DNA from: Flavobacteriales bacterium | GTDB taxonomy: Bacteria; Bacteroidota; Bacteroidia; Flavobacteriales_D; UBA2798 | Direction of reading: 5' to 3' | DNA: 61,146 nucleotides | NCBI GenBank assembly: GCA_046289975.1 | Contig: JBKBUQ010000002.1 | Location: 1-61,146 of the forward strand | In this document: in pieces, positions 18,241-27,043 of the stretch | Layout of the letters: every line of letters starts with the position of its first letter | Position numbering within the stretch: the first letter of the stretch is position 1 | Position numbers and translations under genes: made by a program | The notes under the pieces: generated by a model | Database searches by the model: none | Seen by the model: the letters and a program-made list of their open reading frames with translations, nothing else | Told to the model about the DNA's origin: nothing

Positions 18241-18270
18241 AACCCGGTAGCGATGAATGTACCGGGGTTT
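18241..18270. terminator. Hairpin between convergent genes (possible bidirectional terminator)
   Basis: AACCCGGTAgcgatgaatgTACCGGGGTTT is followed by ATTTTT and preceded by an A-rich run. Confidence 0.5.
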
Positions 18271-18775
18271 ATTTTTCCCCGAAAAGTGAACGAAGTTTGA
18301 TACGCTCCATTTGTCCCTTATCAACCGCCAGCTGTAATCGGGCAAGAAACTCTTCATAGGGATTGGTATGCAGCAACTGTTTCTCAGGAATTTTATTCAG
18401 GTTAACTCCTTCAAGGTTTAAAGGACAAACATCGCGTAACTCGTTCCCTTTTTGATTGATGATTTTTAAGGGCAAGCCCTGAGTGCGGCAAACAAAAGGA
18501 CGAACATTATAGATTCTGCATGCGCCTTCCTTATTCAGAAAAGCGCATTTACCTTTCGGGTGTGGCTTTTCGTTTTGAACTAATGCAGAATAGTGCTTAA
18601 TAATGTTAGCCGCCTCTACCCCAAATACAACAAGGTCGTCGATACAACAGGCATGGCACCCTTTTTTGCATTGCATTTTTGATGCATGAGCAGTTTCAAG
18701 CCGATCAATATCCGGTTGCAAGGCCTGATAAAAACGATTAAGTGTTTTTAAACTTTCTTCGGAATAGTCAATCAT
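18269..18775 (-). CDS. YkgJ-family (UPF0153) cysteine-cluster protein
   Basis: CKKGCHACC...CAFLNKEGACRIYNVRPFVCRTQG. The start is placed at MIDYSEE; the track ORF extends to 18811. Confidence 0.75.
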   Translation of the reverse strand: MIDYSEESLKTLNRFYQALQPDIDRLETAHASKMQCKKGCHACCIDDLVVFGVEAANIIKHYSALVQNEKPHPKGKCAFLNKEGACRIYNVRPFVCRTQGLPLKIINQKGNELRDVCPLNLEGVNLNKIPEKQLLHTNPYEEFLARLQLAVDKGQMERIKLRSLFGEK

Positions 18776-18866
18776 ATATTCAAATAAAAGTAATACTACA
18801 AATATCATCAATACTGACGCTTTTTAGTTCGGGCACCATTGTGATATTTAGTGTAATTGCAACACG

Positions 18867-20801
18867 CTAAACGCGAATTCCAATTACACAAATATCATCA
18901 ACTTGCTCCAGGTCTCCTCTCCATTTTTCGATGGTGCTTTTGAGAATTGCACGCTGTTCGGTCATGGAGCGGTGGGCGATTTCTTTCAGGAGGTCATACA
19001 GCTGACGGTACTTGAATTTTTTTCCTCTTGGTCCGCCAAATTGATCCGGATATCCGTCGGTGAAGAGATAAAACATATCTCCTTTTTGCAGTTCCGGAAT
19101 AACCGTGGTAAAGGGATCGTTGCGATCAGATTGCCCTATTGGCATTTTGTCTGCTGCTAACTCAATTTCTTCTCCGTTCCGGATAATGAGCGGAGGATTG
19201 TTGGCTGCTGCGAAACTTACTTTTCCTTCGGAGAAACGAACCAGTATTCCATCCATGCCGTCCTTTTGCCCTTGCTGCGAAATATTCTCAATGAGTCGGC
19301 GTCGAGTATGATCGAGGATTTTGCCGGGTTCTTCGATCGTTTTTTCGTTGATGGCTTCGTTAAGGAATGAAATATTGAGCAAAGACATAAACGCTCCGGG
19401 TACACCATGTCCTGTGCTGTCGCAAACGGCCAGATAGAAATCGTTGATATTTCCCCTGGGGTGCAGACAAGCCCAATAAAAATCACCGCTTACAATATCT
19501 TTAGGCATAAACAGCACAAAATGCTCAGGAAGATTTTCTTGCAGCATATCATCATGCGCAAGCAGTGCATACTGAATTCTTCGCGCATAGTTGATGGAGT
19601 CGGTGATCTCCTTGTTTTTTTCTTCTACCAGTTCTTTCTGGTGATTGAGTTCGTGGGTGCGTTCCTTTACCTTTTTTTCCAGGTTCACATACATGCTTTC
19701 CAAATCGTCGATCATGGTATTGAAACTCTGCGACAAATCGGTGATCTCATTGTTCCCTTTTACAGGAACACGTTCGTCCAGTTTTCCTCCTGCAATTACC
19801 CGGGCCTTGTCGGTAAGCACGCGTATGGGTAGAGCGATGGATCGTGACCGGTAATAGATTACCAGACTAAGTAGTGAGATGGTTACAAGAAACAATACAC
19901 TGAAGCGAATGACTTCAGCTCGTATCAATGCTTTTTCGCGGGAGTTATCCGATTCGATTAGGAGTAGATAACCGGTGTAGATGGAGGACGATTGTATGTC
20001 GAGAAAGAAATAGTCGTAATAATGATCAATGCCGTTTTCATTTTCGCTTACCCTCACAGGAACTTTTTCTTTCATGGCTCGCTGGTAATGTTCATAATGA
20101 TGATCCGGAAGATGAACGTTTTTTACATTGGCTACCGTTGCAAAGGAAGCGATGTTGCGTATCTCAGGGAAGTTTGCGCTGATTTCGCTCACATTCTTAA
20201 ATGCCTTGTCCCGCAACTCATCTGCCATTGCAGAATAAATTCCCATCTCAATAATGTTCCTGCCGTCGGGTGTTGGTAAAAAGGAGTACTTCTTTATTTT
20301 ACCTGTAATCATTTCCTCTCCAAAGCGGTCGATAACGAGCTTTCCTTCCCTGCGCATCTTGGTAAAAGAATTGACAAATGAAGTGTCGATTTTGGAGAAA
20401 TCAAGTCCGAGGTCTTTTGCAAAAGTGGTATTGGTAATTACTGATGACTCATTAATAACATATAAATGCTCAATGGCAGTATCCATTCCGAGTTCAGCAG
20501 AAATACGAAACAAATCTGCCGTGTGCAGGGAGTCCGGCTTTGCAAAATACTCAGTCAGTAAACGTTCAGACAGCATTTTGATCCGGTCGTTAAGATCCTC
20601 TTCCAGAATATGGAGCGCTTCGTCGTGAATGCTCAGTATGGATTTTGTTTGCGCAACAATTTGTTCTCTCAGGCGCTTATTACTTTCCTCCAGTTGCTGC
20701 CGGTTGATGCGGTAACTGATTACTCCAACGGCAAGCAATACCAATACCACAGGAACAAGGGTATTGATGAGTAGCTGACGAAGTATACTGCTGCGGCGCA
20801 T
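18867..20801 (-). CDS. Membrane sensor with HAMP domain and a PP2C/SpoIIE-type serine phosphatase domain
   Basis: It has two TM segments flanking a roughly 270-aa extracytoplasmic region, a HAMP-like IALPIRVLTDKARVIAGGKLDERV segment, and phosphatase motifs VCDSTGHGVPGAFMS and FTDGYPDQFGG. Confidence 0.85.
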   Translation of the reverse strand: MRRSSILRQLLINTLVPVVLVLLAVGVISYRINRQQLEESNKRLREQIVAQTKSILSIHDEALHILEEDLNDRIKMLSERLLTEYFAKPDSLHTADLFRISAELGMDTAIEHLYVINESSVITNTTFAKDLGLDFSKIDTSFVNSFTKMRREGKLVIDRFGEEMITGKIKKYSFLPTPDGRNIIEMGIYSAMADELRDKAFKNVSEISANFPEIRNIASFATVANVKNVHLPDHHYEHYQRAMKEKVPVRVSENENGIDHYYDYFFLDIQSSSIYTGYLLLIESDNSREKALIRAEVIRFSVLFLVTISLLSLVIYYRSRSIALPIRVLTDKARVIAGGKLDERVPVKGNNEITDLSQSFNTMIDDLESMYVNLEKKVKERTHELNHQKELVEEKNKEITDSINYARRIQYALLAHDDMLQENLPEHFVLFMPKDIVSGDFYWACLHPRGNINDFYLAVCDSTGHGVPGAFMSLLNISFLNEAINEKTIEEPGKILDHTRRRLIENISQQGQKDGMDGILVRFSEGKVSFAAANNPPLIIRNGEEIELAADKMPIGQSDRNDPFTTVIPELQKGDMFYLFTDGYPDQFGGPRGKKFKYRQLYDLLKEIAHRSMTEQRAILKSTIEKWRGDLEQVDDICVIGIRV

Positions 20802-20855
20802 ACAGGCAAGATATACAAAATCCTTATTTCAGCAGAGGATTGGTATATTGGTACT

Positions 20856-21545
20856 ATGAAACGTTTTGTGCTTTTGTCGTTTTTTCTGGGTTTGCTAATA
20901 ACCGGAATCGTTTTGGTCTTTGCCTTACCTGCAAGCAGCAGGAAAAAAGAAACAATACAATCGCCGGAAAGACCCGACACCCTCAATTGGTCGCGTGAAT
21001 GTCCGCCGGAGGGATCTGCAAAAACAGAACGCATTCGTGAGTTGAACCGTTTGAAGAACCGAATCTCATTTCCGCAAGCACAGGATTTTGACACATTGGC
21101 GACCATGAAGGCATTGTTGTTGCCGGGCAATGATGAGGCGCGGTGGAATGAAAAAAAGGCTGCACGGGTAAGAGCGTATGTAGTTGATGTAAAACCCGGC
21201 GGCAAGGAGACATGTAACTGCGGTGCAAAGGAGGTAGATGATCGGGACACGCATATCGATCTGGTTATGGATCCTATGAACGAGGTCAAGAGTAAACGTT
21301 TTATTGCTGAAGTCACCCCTCCAATGCGATCTATTATGAAGTTGCGTGGAGAAAACTGGACAACACGCGGACTGAGAGATCAGTTTTTGGGACGATGGGT
21401 GGAGGTGGAGGGGTGGTTGTTTTTGGATGAAGAACATCTTAACACGAGCGAAAACACCCGTCCTCTTCGTGAGAACAACTGGAGAGCGACCGCCTGGGAG
21501 ATACATCCTGTGACTTCCATTAAGGTAATAAACCGTCCCCGCTAG
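20856..21545 (+). CDS. Hypothetical membrane-anchored/secreted protein
   Basis: The N-terminal hydrophobic segment is FVLLSFFLGLLITGIVLVFAL. Motifs CNCG...DTHIDL and WRATAWEIHPV are present. No family was recognised. Confidence 0.5.
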   Translation: MKRFVLLSFFLGLLITGIVLVFALPASSRKKETIQSPERPDTLNWSRECPPEGSAKTERIRELNRLKNRISFPQAQDFDTLATMKALLLPGNDEARWNEKKAARVRAYVVDVKPGGKETCNCGAKEVDDRDTHIDLVMDPMNEVKSKRFIAEVTPPMRSIMKLRGENWTTRGLRDQFLGRWVEVEGWLFLDEEHLNTSENTRPLRENNWRATAWEIHPVTSIKVINRPR

Positions 21546-21578
21546 GCTGTGCGCCAAAGATCGGGTATTTTGGTAGAA

Positions 21579-21694
21579 GGGTTTTTCACATAGGGGTAAA
21601 AGTGAGTTTTCATTGGGGGATCACTGTAAAAATCGGGTTTTTCCGAGGGGAAATGGTGAATAAAGTAGTGTTTTTCCCTATGGGGAAATTGTTG
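21579..21694 (+). promoter_or_regulatory. Four imperfect direct repeats upstream of the H1/SWIB gene
   Basis: The units are GTTTTTCACATAGGGGTAAAAGTG, GTTTTCATTGGGGGATCACTG, GTTTTTCCGAGGGGAAATGGTG and GTTTTTCCCTATGGGGAAATTGTTG. The TTTTC cores lie at about 21582, 21607, 21638 and 21671. Confidence 0.45.
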
Positions 21695-21777
21695 ATTACC
21701 CTGTTAAAAATATTTTTACTTACCCCATTGCCATGTCAATAAAGATCTTCAATTTGCGCATACAAATCCAAACAATC

Positions 21778-22260
21778 ATGGCAAAGAAAACTGCACCAAA
21801 GAAAAAGGCCGCTCCTAAGAAGGCTGCTGCCAAGAAAGCTGCCCCTAAGAAGGCTGCTAAGAAACCAGCTGCTAAGAAAGCTGCTGCAAAGAAGCCGGCT
21901 AAGAAAGCTGTTGCTAAAAAGGCTGCTCCTAAGAAAGCTGCTGCTAAGAAAGCTGCTCCTAAGAAGAAGGTTGCTGCTAAGAAAGCTGCTCCTAAGAAGA
22001 AGACGGCTCGTAAACCAAACGCGGCTTTCATGGCTCCGCTTACTCCAAGCACAGTTCTTGCTGACGTAATCGGTAACAAGCCAGTTCCACGTACTGAGAT
22101 CGTTAAAAAGATCTGGGATTACATCAAGAAGAACGGTCTTCAAGACAAGAAGAACAAACGTATGATCAATGCTGATGCTAAGTTGAAGGCTCTCTTCGCT
22201 GGTAAGGCTCAGATCAGCATGTTCGACCTTGCTAAGATCGTTTCTAAGAACGTGAAGTAA
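21778..22260 (+). CDS. Histone H1-like Lys/Ala-rich tail fused to a SWIB/MDM2 domain
   Basis: About 80 aa of (A/P)KK(A/K)A repeats are followed by LTPSTVLADVIGNKPVPRTEIVKKIWDYIKKNGLQDKKNKRMINADAKLKALF (SWIB fold signature). The start is placed at MAKKTAPKK. Confidence 0.8.
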   Translation: MAKKTAPKKKAAPKKAAAKKAAPKKAAKKPAAKKAAAKKPAKKAVAKKAAPKKAAAKKAAPKKKVAAKKAAPKKKTARKPNAAFMAPLTPSTVLADVIGNKPVPRTEIVKKIWDYIKKNGLQDKKNKRMINADAKLKALFAGKAQISMFDLAKIVSKNVK

Positions 22261-22278
22261 TTCCGTCTTAAAGACAAT

Positions 22279-22312
22279 GAGAAAGGGGACCGATGGTCCC
22301 CTTTCTCTTTTT
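22279..22312 (+). terminator. Rho-independent terminator
   Basis: GAGAAAGGGGACcgatGGTCCCCTTTCTC forms a perfect 12-bp stem and is followed by TTTTT. Confidence 0.85.
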
Positions 22313-22355
22313 ATATACTGATCAGATTCTTTATCAATTCAACGTCTGATTCCCC

Positions 22356-23402
22356 TCAATCGTAAATCGCCTTGCGCGAACGCATCTCTTTGTTTACTGC
22401 GTAATAAATGAAACTGATCTCGGTGCCTCCACGGTGATTCAGTGCTTTTCCGTAAGCGGAAATACTGATGTCGTACGATAATCCAATTCGGTACGATTCT
22501 GTTTTCCATCCGGCAAGTAATCCAACAGCATCACCATGTCTGTACATGCCTCCTGCCTCGAAACCGGTTTTGTGACGGTATCCTGTAACCTGAGAAGTGC
22601 CTTCTGCCGACCAAAATACGGTTGCTCCTGCCTGAATCTCCATATGTACTCCCTGCATTCCAACCAAGGCGCGGGGAATGATAAATACGGGCATGGTATT
22701 TTTTAGATCCAGTTGTATCTCCGAACGGAAATGCGCAACAATGCGGGGATCGATTTTTCCGTTAAGCAGGGGTTCGTTTTTTAGTTTGGGATTGTTGGCA
22801 TGCAGGTAGGCTATTCCAAAATTGGTGGTTGCTCCTGTGCGCCCATTCACCGAAAGAAAATTTAGTCCGGCTGAAAGATCAAAAAAACGTGCTTTCAATC
22901 TTCCTTCATAAGCTTCTCCTGTAGGAAGTGATTCGTCCAGTTTGTATCCGTTGTATTGTGCATCCCAGGTTGCATTGGATAAATCGCTGCGCATTCCTCC
23001 TTTACCGGCGGAGACACCAACACCAAGGTATTTGCGTGTTCCAATTGTTGTCATTCCGCTTAAGGCCAGAGCGAGATTGGTCATGCGGGTGCGCGAATCC
23101 CCCATGGTTGCGAAACCGTAACTTAAACCTATACCGAGATTGCTTTTACTCCGCGATCCTCCCTGATAACGTAATAAGGGAGCATCTGCCGAAACGAGTG
23201 TTTGATTGGTTGGCCGCACCAGTTTTCTCCATTGATTTCTGGTGATCAGAGATCCACGAAAATCACTTTGCTCAATCATTCCCGCTGCAGCAGGATTGGT
23301 GAAAAAGGGAGAGTTTTCGAATTGTGTAAAATGCGCATCCTGTGCACGGGAAACTCCCAAACAAAATATCCAGAGAGCTACAGATAAATAAACTTTTCTC
23401 AT
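22356..23402 (-). CDS. PorP/SprF family T9SS membrane protein
   Basis: It has a signal peptide followed by AQDAHFTQFENSPFFTNPAAAG, the hallmark PorP/SprF N-terminus. It shows beta-barrel composition and an ATGA overlap with the upstream type-B cargo gene. Confidence 0.85.
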   Translation of the reverse strand: MRKVYLSVALWIFCLGVSRAQDAHFTQFENSPFFTNPAAAGMIEQSDFRGSLITRNQWRKLVRPTNQTLVSADAPLLRYQGGSRSKSNLGIGLSYGFATMGDSRTRMTNLALALSGMTTIGTRKYLGVGVSAGKGGMRSDLSNATWDAQYNGYKLDESLPTGEAYEGRLKARFFDLSAGLNFLSVNGRTGATTNFGIAYLHANNPKLKNEPLLNGKIDPRIVAHFRSEIQLDLKNTMPVFIIPRALVGMQGVHMEIQAGATVFWSAEGTSQVTGYRHKTGFEAGGMYRHGDAVGLLAGWKTESYRIGLSYDISISAYGKALNHRGGTEISFIYYAVNKEMRSRKAIYD

Positions 23403-25537
23403 CGCACTAAATTGAACTCACCGGAAAATGTTGCTGTTCCTTTTCCCTGAATAAATACTACTTCTAACGTATATACATACAAGCCAATATTGGCAGGCAC
23501 ACCATTCACCGTGCCGTCCCATCCCCAATCAGGGTGCGTATTTTCATAAAGCAACTGTCCCCAGGTGTCGTAAATTTTCAGGTTCATCCTTTCAATCGTA
23601 TAACTCCTCACAATTAGCAAATCATTCACCCCGTCGTTGTTCGGAGAAAAGGCAGTGGGAACAAATACGTCCATCGGAATCTCCACTTCAACAACTACTT
23701 CCTGACTCGAAACGCAACCGTTTCCGGAGGTGATATACAAAGTATAAGTGGTAGTGGTATATGGAGAAGCCTCCGGTGTGAAACAATTTGTGCAACTCAA
23801 TCCATCCGGCGGATACCAAGAGGGCGCTCCTCCTCCTGAACCAATAAGTGTGGTGGTGGTTTGCAAATAAGTGATGCTTTGATCCGGACCGGCATTTACT
23901 GTTGGTGATGGAAGTACAGTTACAACAAGCTGGTCGGTTCCTGTGCAACCTGCTGCAGTAACAACTCCCACTGTAAATGTTTGGGTGGTTTGCGGATTCA
24001 TTGTGGGATAAGGAAGGTTTCCTGAATTCAGCTGACTGGCCGGCATCCAGTTGTACGTTGCGCCCGGACCACCTTCAATTTGTAAACCGAGTTGCTGAGG
24101 CTGACCGGAACAAATCGTAATATCCGGACCGGCATTTACGATTGGACTCGGATTATGATCGACAGTAAAACTACCGGTCCAATAACAACCTGCCAAATCG
24201 TAAACCTCTGCGACATAAGTGATGTCTTGTATCGGTGTAACATTAAAATTGTTTTGCAGCATTCCGTTCCAGGAAATTAAATACGAAGGAAAACCGCCAC
24301 TAACATTTACATTCAATAATACCGACTGACCATTACAGATGCTGGTGTTTTGAGGAAGACCGGTTACAACAAGCGGACTTTCATCGCGTATGTAAAAGGT
24401 TTTGTTTACAAAAACGGTATCTCCACAGGGGTTGAGGTAGAAGTAGGATACGATCACCGATTCAAATCCTTCCACTACTCCATCTGCAATCGGATTGAAT
24501 ACAATTGTTAAAAGACTGTCGCCGGAATTCATTGTATAAGTAGAAGGCACAAAATTATAGTCGGTGCCATTGATAGCAGTTCCGCCTATGTTAACCTGAA
24601 ATGTTTGTCCTCCTGCAAAACCGATCGGATTGTAAATAACCATATAAAATGGTTTACACCCTTCAACAATTACTGAGTCGAGATACGCGCCTTCATCGAA
24701 GTTACCGGTGCTGTTGGAATAGAGTCCGCGCTCTTTCAGAAAGAGTCCGGAATCAAAACCGTTATTGCCAATATCAGCGAGAACAATTCGAACATGATAC
24801 AACTGATTACATTCCACATCTGCTTTAGCCTGAAGCACAGTTGTGAATCCATCGTATTCAAATAAATTTTGTGTGTTGTTGAGATAGTAAGGAGAGAAAA
24901 AGGAATTTGAACAACCACCTGGTGCTCCGAAGGTGCCGGGCGTTCCGTTGTTAATTGAATTGATGCCAACGGGAATTGTACTTGATGTTGGAATAAGTGA
25001 AATGAGCTTTCCATTATTGCTGAATGTTCCGGTAATTCCCGGACCGCTGATGATGATGGCAAAAATATCTGCTTCCTGCGAGCACACATATTCCGTGTAT
25101 TCTTCAGATGCAAGAATGTATTCGAGCGTTAGCTCATTGCCATCGGGACGCACATCGAACTCATAAATGAGTGCATCAAAAATAGCTTGTCCGTTGGCAA
25201 GGCTTATCACATCAGGATCTGTTGAACCGCTTGAACCCAATGCACCGGAAGTGTTGGTGCTGTCGTTGGTTCCAGCGGCATTCATGGCTTTTCCTGTGGA
25301 AAGGATTAGGCCTGATGAAAGTCCGATTGCGGAAGATCCATTGGTGAAATAACCAATTTGCTGACTGCTTATTCCGGAGAAGGAAACGTTGCTTATTGCC
25401 ACACTGCCACCGCGAAGAATATTTTGAGCCAAATAATTCGGGTTGCTGAAATTACCGGCATTGTCAACGACCAATTGTTGTGTCCATCCTGTGAGGGAAA
25501 CACAAAGCAATAATGCGAGGAGGAATTTTTGTAACAT
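23399..25537 (-). CDS. T9SS type-B (CHU_C) sorting-domain surface protein with a choice-of-anchor-L-like N-terminal domain
   Basis: It has a signal peptide and the N-terminal segment LAQNILRGGSVAISNVSFSG..QQIGYFTNG. The C-terminus reads FSPNNDGVNDLLIV...LKIYDTWGQLLYE...WDGTVNG...GLYVYTLEV. Confidence 0.8.
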   Translation of the reverse strand: MLQKFLLALLLCVSLTGWTQQLVVDNAGNFSNPNYLAQNILRGGSVAISNVSFSGISSQQIGYFTNGSSAIGLSSGLILSTGKAMNAAGTNDSTNTSGALGSSGSTDPDVISLANGQAIFDALIYEFDVRPDGNELTLEYILASEEYTEYVCSQEADIFAIIISGPGITGTFSNNGKLISLIPTSSTIPVGINSINNGTPGTFGAPGGCSNSFFSPYYLNNTQNLFEYDGFTTVLQAKADVECNQLYHVRIVLADIGNNGFDSGLFLKERGLYSNSTGNFDEGAYLDSVIVEGCKPFYMVIYNPIGFAGGQTFQVNIGGTAINGTDYNFVPSTYTMNSGDSLLTIVFNPIADGVVEGFESVIVSYFYLNPCGDTVFVNKTFYIRDESPLVVTGLPQNTSICNGQSVLLNVNVSGGFPSYLISWNGMLQNNFNVTPIQDITYVAEVYDLAGCYWTGSFTVDHNPSPIVNAGPDITICSGQPQQLGLQIEGGPGATYNWMPASQLNSGNLPYPTMNPQTTQTFTVGVVTAAGCTGTDQLVVTVLPSPTVNAGPDQSITYLQTTTTLIGSGGGAPSWYPPDGLSCTNCFTPEASPYTTTTYTLYITSGNGCVSSQEVVVEVEIPMDVFVPTAFSPNNDGVNDLLIVRSYTIERMNLKIYDTWGQLLYENTHPDWGWDGTVNGVPANIGLYVYTLEVVFIQGKGTATFSGEFNLVR

Positions 25538-25719
25538 AGAGAGAATAGAGCCACAAGGTAAGTTGTTTTTTTTCAGCTTTACATGAAAATGACCATGTGT
25601 TGTACTTGATTATTGAACGGCAGGATTCCAATAGGAAAGGTTGCTTTGGGCTTGTGGGGGATTTTGAGTAACTTGCAGCCTCCTGTTCCGAATGGGCAGG
25701 GTTTACTAATACATGTACT

Positions 25720-26955
25720 TTGGATTTTTATGATTTAGGACTGGTCGACGAATTGCTCGACGCCCTTGATGCGATGAACATTCGCAAACCAACACCCATT
25801 CAGCAACAAGCTATTCCTATAGCATTAGGAGGTCACGATCTCATTGCCTGCGCACAAACAGGAACCGGTAAAACCGCTGCGTTTGTTCTCCCTGTAATGA
25901 ATAAATTGTTTGAAAGCAACAGCTCAGGAACACGTGCGCTCATACTCGCTCCAACACGCGAACTTGCCATGCAGATCGATCAACAGATCGAGGGGCTTTC
26001 CTACTTTGTCAGTCAAAGTTCCATAGCAGTTTATGGTGGTGGGGTTGGAGAAGTTTTCGATCGCCAGCGTAAGGCTTTCGCCAGCGGTGTAGATATTATT
26101 GTGGCCACACCGGGCAGACTGCTTTCGTTTTTAAGTTCGGGTATGCTCAAGCTGGATCAGGTAAAATTTTTGATTCTTGATGAAGCCGACCGAATGTTGG
26201 ACATGGGGTTTTACGAAGACATCATGCGCATCATTTCCTATTTACCAAAAGAGCGGCAGAACCTGATGTTTTCGGCAACAATGTCGCCTCGCATACGTCA
26301 GCTTGCGCAATCCATTCTTAAAGACCCGAAAGAAGTTAGTGTGGCCATTGCCAAACCGGCAGCTGGCATTGATCAACAGGTTTATCTCCTGAAGGAAGAT
26401 CAGAAAATGCCTATGCTCGAACGTATTCTTTCTGAGGAAAAATACCAAAGCGGAATTATATTCTCATCACGCAAGGAACTGGTAAAGCAATTGTTTCATT
26501 CGTTGCGTAAGAAGGGATTTGCATGTCAGTCCTTTCACTCCGACCTTGAACAAAACGAACGGGAAGAGATCATGCGCGATTTTCGCAACAGGAAATTGCG
26601 TTACCTGATTGGAACGGATGTTCTCTCCAGGGGAATCGACGTTGAAGGCATTGATCTCGTTGTAAACTACGATGCTCCGCCGGATGCGGAAGATTATGTG
26701 CACAGGATAGGTCGTACTGCCCGCGCTTCAAGTACCGGAACAGCCATTACGTTTATCGATGCAAAAGATATTCGCCGTTTCCAGCGCATTGAGCAATTGA
26801 TTGCAATGAAAGTGAAACGAATGCCTATCCCTGAAGAGTTGGGTCCGGGTATCGACGAAAATGCACCGGTAGATCCTTCTGCTAAGAAAAAAAGACCATT
26901 CAAGGGCAAGAAAAAACGTCCGAATGGCGGGGCTCCCCGCACTAATCCGGCATAA
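25720..26955 (+). CDS. DEAD-box ATP-dependent RNA helicase with a basic C-terminal tail (apparent TTG start)
   Basis: PTPIQQQAIP (Q motif), AQTGTGKT, ILDEADRMLDMGF, SAT and HRIGRTARA. Confidence 0.9.
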   Translation: MDFYDLGLVDELLDALDAMNIRKPTPIQQQAIPIALGGHDLIACAQTGTGKTAAFVLPVMNKLFESNSSGTRALILAPTRELAMQIDQQIEGLSYFVSQSSIAVYGGGVGEVFDRQRKAFASGVDIIVATPGRLLSFLSSGMLKLDQVKFLILDEADRMLDMGFYEDIMRIISYLPKERQNLMFSATMSPRIRQLAQSILKDPKEVSVAIAKPAAGIDQQVYLLKEDQKMPMLERILSEEKYQSGIIFSSRKELVKQLFHSLRKKGFACQSFHSDLEQNEREEIMRDFRNRKLRYLIGTDVLSRGIDVEGIDLVVNYDAPPDAEDYVHRIGRTARASSTGTAITFIDAKDIRRFQRIEQLIAMKVKRMPIPEELGPGIDENAPVDPSAKKKRPFKGKKKRPNGGAPRTNPA

Positions 26956-27043
26956 GGATTCATAGAATCGTTCATAATTTTTTCGACTCCTTTTCAGGGG
27001 GCGTTTTGCTTTTGGTTACATTTAAAGGAAATCCACTACCACT

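Noticed and set aside
20720-21557. Minus-strand ORFs of 198 aa and 163 aa overlapping the 20856-21545 gene
   Set aside because: The plus-strand ORF has a proper N-terminal hydrophobic anchor and balanced composition. The minus-strand ORFs overlap each other and the end of the neighbouring phosphatase gene, and they are Cys/Ser/Phe-rich.
21720-22143. Two minus-strand ORFs (119 aa and 135 aa) with Ala/Phe/Leu or Ser/Leu repeats
   Set aside because: They are reverse-complement artefacts of the AAGAAAGCTGCT coding repeats of the H1-like tail. The plus-strand reading continues into a bona fide SWIB domain.
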